Virus record (IMG/VR): IMGVR_UViG_3300045988_094266 | Source: a virus | Reading direction: 5' to 3' (one strand) | DNA length: 23,961 nt | In this document: in pieces, positions 20,837-23,961 of the stretch | Layout: every line of letters begins with the position of its first letter | How positions within the stretch are numbered: the stretch's first letter is position 1 | Notes under the pieces: model-generated | What the model was told of the DNA's origin: nothing | Database searches by the model: none | What the model saw: the letters and a program-made list of their open reading frames with translations, nothing else | Translations under genes and position numbers: made by a program

Positions 20837-21932
20837 AAGGAATTATCCTTTCATTTAGTAACTCTTCAAAAATCTGCGGTCCCTTGTCTATAGGACTTGC
20901 TTTATATGGCAAAATCATTCGTTTGTCAAAGATAGCAGATATGCGTACATTCTTACTATATTTGTTATATATATGAATTAACTTTGCTTTCAATCTCTTA
21001 AATTCATCATCGCTAATTTCGACAAATTGTCTATCAAAAGCAACTATGATTTCATTAACTCCTAAAGATTTAAGTAAATCTATATGATAACTAGATATAC
21101 TACTTCCACAACAAGCTACAGATATATCATTATCGTACCCATAGTAAGACTGATACATAAGACAACTCTTTTCAGATTCAAATATAATTGCAGCTTTTAC
21201 TTTTCTTATATTCTCTTTGCTATGGTTTAAATTATATAAATTCATACTTAAAGGATGATTATATAATTGTCTGTTCACCATAAGAGGTCTATATTTTCCA
21301 TATCTTTCTGCATCTTCAGAAGATAATGTTCTTCCCCTAATTCCTACTAATCTATTATTAATATCAAAGTGAGGAATTGTTATTTGTCCTCCTCCCGGAT
21401 AATACCCAATAAAATTTCTTTTACTAACCTCGGGTAAGATTCCTTCTGCTTCCCATCCAGCAATTCTAGGATAAGAAAATCGAGTAAGAATAATCGGATT
21501 ATATTCCTTCAAGCAAATAGGCTGTTTAGGTTTTGGTAACTGAATATTATGTCTTTTAAAGATATCCCAATCTTCTAATTCTTTTTCTTCATCTTCTAGT
21601 TCTATTCCATCAAAACCAAAATATCCAGCTATATAATCCATAGCATTATATAGTTCCCACTTTTTACCTTCTTGCTTTTTTTTAACCTTTATACATAAAT
21701 CAAATATATCAAAAGTAGGATCTATACATCCAGTATAACATCTAAAAAGTTTTGTATTTTCGTAATAATATAACTTTCTTGATCCCTCTCCTGGAAGATT
21801 ATGACATATAGTTTGGGAGATGAGCCCACCATCTACATATTCAGGCTCACCGCCCCATGCTTCAATTAAATCATAAATTTGTTCTAACTCTAATTTTCCT
21901 TTTAGTTCATCTTTATCATAATAGCGTGACAT
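20829..21932 (-). CDS. DNA primase (CHC2-type zinc finger + TOPRIM), 367 aa, no TAG codons
   Basis: Zinc-finger region CHNLPGEG...FRCYTGC. TOPRIM-like region AAIIFESEKSCLM...VACCGSSIS...VAFDRQ. It sits downstream of the dnaB-like gene. Confidence 0.7.
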   Translation of the reverse strand: MSRYYDKDELKGKLELEQIYDLIEAWGGEPEYVDGGLISQTICHNLPGEGSRKLYYYENTKLFRCYTGCIDPTFDIFDLCIKVKKKQEGKKWELYNAMDYIAGYFGFDGIELEDEEKELEDWDIFKRHNIQLPKPKQPICLKEYNPIILTRFSYPRIAGWEAEGILPEVSKRNFIGYYPGGGQITIPHFDINNRLVGIRGRTLSSEDAERYGKYRPLMVNRQLYNHPLSMNLYNLNHSKENIRKVKAAIIFESEKSCLMYQSYYGYDNDISVACCGSSISSYHIDLLKSLGVNEIIVAFDRQFVEISDDEFKRLKAKLIHIYNKYSKNVRISAIFDKRMILPYKASPIDKGPQIFEELLNERIIPYE

Positions 21933-21934
21933 AA

Positions 21935-22111
21935 TTAAGCATCATATACGGAAACATTTGTTACAGTTCCTTTAAGACCAAATTGCTCATTAATTACTTT
22001 TGCAACATAATCTTTAGGATTTTGTTTCTTCTCCGTCTCGCTTCTATCGGCAAGCATAGCATTAAACATTTTTTTACTCATACGATACTCTAAAGATTGA
22101 TTGTTTTTCAT
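21935..22111 (-). CDS. hypothetical small protein (58 aa)
   Basis: ATG 22111 follows RBS GGAGG. The gene lies between the dnaB stop and the primase start. Confidence 0.4.
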   Translation of the reverse strand: MKNNQSLEYRMSKKMFNAMLADRSETEKKQNPKDYVAKVINEQFGLKGTVTNVSVYDA

Positions 22112-22127
22112 ATTAATTCCTCCAAAA

Positions 22128-23666
22128 TTATTTTTCCCATGCCGCGGGACCTTCATCTACAATTACTCTAATATCTTCAATACTAATCATTTCATGTCTC
22201 CAATTAGTACAGAATTGTGGTAATATACGACAAGTACCTAAATTTGCTGAACACCATAGATAAACTCCTTTATATGATCCTCGTCTATTCTTATAAATAG
22301 ATAATTTTAAATTAGGACGAAGAAGATTTTTATTGCTATCAAGTATTGGATCAAGTTTTACCAAATCTTCATCTGTAACTCCAAGAAGAATCATGCCAAC
22401 ATCAATTCTATCTGCAATACTTTTAGCTCCACGCAACAAATTTTGGTCTGGTGTTTCACTATTCTAATAATCTGCATTTAATTGAGTTGCAGACATAATA
22501 AATATACCATATTTATTTGCTAAATCTTTTAATCTTGCGGAAAGCATGAATAAGATATTATCTTCTCTTAATTTAACTCCGCCAGATTTCTTACTAATTT
22601 CTTCAAGAATCTTGAGAGATGTTTGTAAATAATCGAATAAAACATACTTAACTTCATGTTCACGGATATTCTTTTTTATCTTATTTTCTACATCTTGCAA
22701 AGAAAAATCCGGCAATTCTTCAATCCAAATCGGACTTCTTTTAATAATTTCCGCGGCTTTGAGAACTCGATCCTTTTCTCCATCAAAATATTGGCCATTC
22801 AAGATATGTTCTTCATTTACATCAGAAAGAAATGCTAACATCATAGTTTGCACTTCTCCTTTATCTTGCTCTGTCGCGATAAACAAAGTTGGTTGAGAAG
22901 TTCCGTTTTTAATCCAGCCAAATTGATCATGATAGATCTCATTACACGCAAAATTACAAGCATCTGCAATCATTGATCTAGTTTTTCCAGTTCCTGTAGC
23001 AGCTGACCGCAAATAAAATTTTCGCAATCTTGCGCCTCTTGTTACTGTATTAATCAATGGGCCATATAAAGGAATACCAACTTCTGGATGTTGTTCTAAA
23101 TCACTGATTAAATCGTCGATTCCGTCTCCGGCTTGATACCCTAATCCTAAATCATCTTCAATATATTTACTCTTGATTTCATCTATTTTTACATCAATAG
23201 CATGAGCTATTTCAACTAAACTTGTATTATCTAACCAATCTTCTTGCATTTGTCTCTTTTTAGTATCAAGAATATTATTTGGATCGTAAAGACAGGTTAC
23301 ATCAAGGCCAAAATTATTATATGCCCTTAATAGAGTAAATTTTTTTAATCTATTATAGTAGTAATTAAAAGTATCCTATCGAGCGTTTTGTGATGCTTCA
23401 AGAAGATAATCTACACCTTTATTTTGTTTAAATATAGCATCAAATTTGGGTCTATTCGCTAAATAATCTATAATTGCATCAATATTGACTTGACTGCCTG
23501 TTAGATGAATATTATAGATACTCCCAAAGATAATTTTGTGAAAATCCTCTTGAAAATCATCTTCATGAATTATATATTTATCTGCATCATCGAGAATAGA
23601 GGCATTATTAAATACACACCCAATTATTTGAGTAATTGCTGCTGTATCTACATAGTTACTCTTCAT
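22128..23666 (-). CDS. dnaB: replicative DNA helicase, DnaB family (512 aa; three ORF fragments joined through TAG 23376-23378 and TAG 22464-22466)
   Basis: RBS AGGAGG sits 6 nt before ATG 23666. It has an N-terminal DnaB domain. Walker A is AATGTGKTRSM and Walker B is VLFDYLQTS. The C-terminus after the second TAG (LRGAKSIADRIDVGMIL) matches the DnaB LRESGSIEQDADvvMFL arginine-finger region. It ends at TAA 22128. Confidence 0.85.
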
Positions 23667-23961
23667 GTGTTTCCTCCTCATTTAAGAAAGTAAATAGCTT
23701 TCGTATATGTTTCATTGGTTGTCGCTGAGGAGGCTCTATATGAACTTCTCTTACAGGCAAAATAAATTCTTTTATATCTACCTGCTCATTTCTTTCTCTT
23801 GCTTCCCACAATGCTCTCCAATATAGATATGCTTCATCATAAACAAAAGGAACAATACCAATTCCACCATTGGCCTTTTCAATAGAATTTCCTTTTATCT
23901 CAAAAAAATATTTTAATGTTTTATATATTCCTGTATATGAATAATTTCTATCTTTTTTAAA
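23656..23961 (-). CDS. 3' part of an upstream replication-module gene (partial, continues beyond window); function unknown (helicase loader?)
   Basis: Open frame from the window edge to TAA 23656-23658, overlapping the dnaB start. The C-terminal sequence is ...GIGIVPFVYDEAYLYWRALWEAREKNEQVDIKEF... Confidence 0.35.
   Translation of the reverse strand, partial: FKKDRNYSYTGIYKTLKYFFEIKGNSIEKANGGIGIVPFVYDEAYLYWRALWEARERNEQVDIKEFILPVREVHIEPPQRQPMKHIRKLFTFLNEEETHEE

Noticed and set aside
9177-23693. Short + strand ORFs in the track that overlap the - strand replication genes (9177-9395, 9861-10064, 10170-10373, 11186-11434, 11813-12034, 13798-14013, 19248-19526, 22656-22838, 23505-23693, 7348-7560)
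   Set aside because: They lie antisense to long conserved genes, are low complexity and AT-codon rich, and have no RBS. They are spurious.

Overview
AT-rich phage or prophage DNA with strong Shine-Dalgarno sites, so the host is probably a Firmicutes-type bacterium rather than Bacteroidetes. The dominant signal is that in-frame TAG codons are pervasive. Reading TAG as Gln (genetic code 15) fuses the fragmented ORFs of the six-frame track into full-length conserved proteins. TAA and TGA still terminate cleanly. Two convergent gene blocks meet at a bidirectional terminator near 5845-5877. The + strand block (248-5861) holds tail-fibre-like cassettes, a small serine recombinase flanked by repeated 19-bp palindromic sites, a putative holin-like membrane protein, Q/P-rich and Cys-rich proteins, a BclA-C-like jelly-roll protein and an HExxH protein. 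The - strand block (5875-23961, read right to left) is a replication and nucleotide-metabolism module. It holds a DnaB-type helicase, a CHC2/TOPRIM primase, a DnaJ-type zinc-finger mini-protein, a RecJ-like DHH exonuclease (13 TAG codons), a secreted lipoprotein with a phage-tail-lysozyme-like domain, a Dda/RecD-like SF1 helicase, a 1293-aa DnaE-type Pol III alpha, guanylate kinase, a free-standing GIY-YIG endonuclease, NrdD and NrdG translationally coupled to an FNT-family (formate-channel-like) membrane protein, dUTPase, a RuvC-like resolvase (9 TAG codons, including TAG-TAG-TAG) and a membrane protein behind an RBS-sequestering perfect hairpin. A 55-bp perfect inverted repeat (1-55 and 203-257) encloses a promoter and terminator and carries the RBS and ATG of outward-facing genes in each arm. 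No tRNA, rRNA or CRISPR was found. All coordinates and translations were derived by hand from the sequence. No database searches were run.
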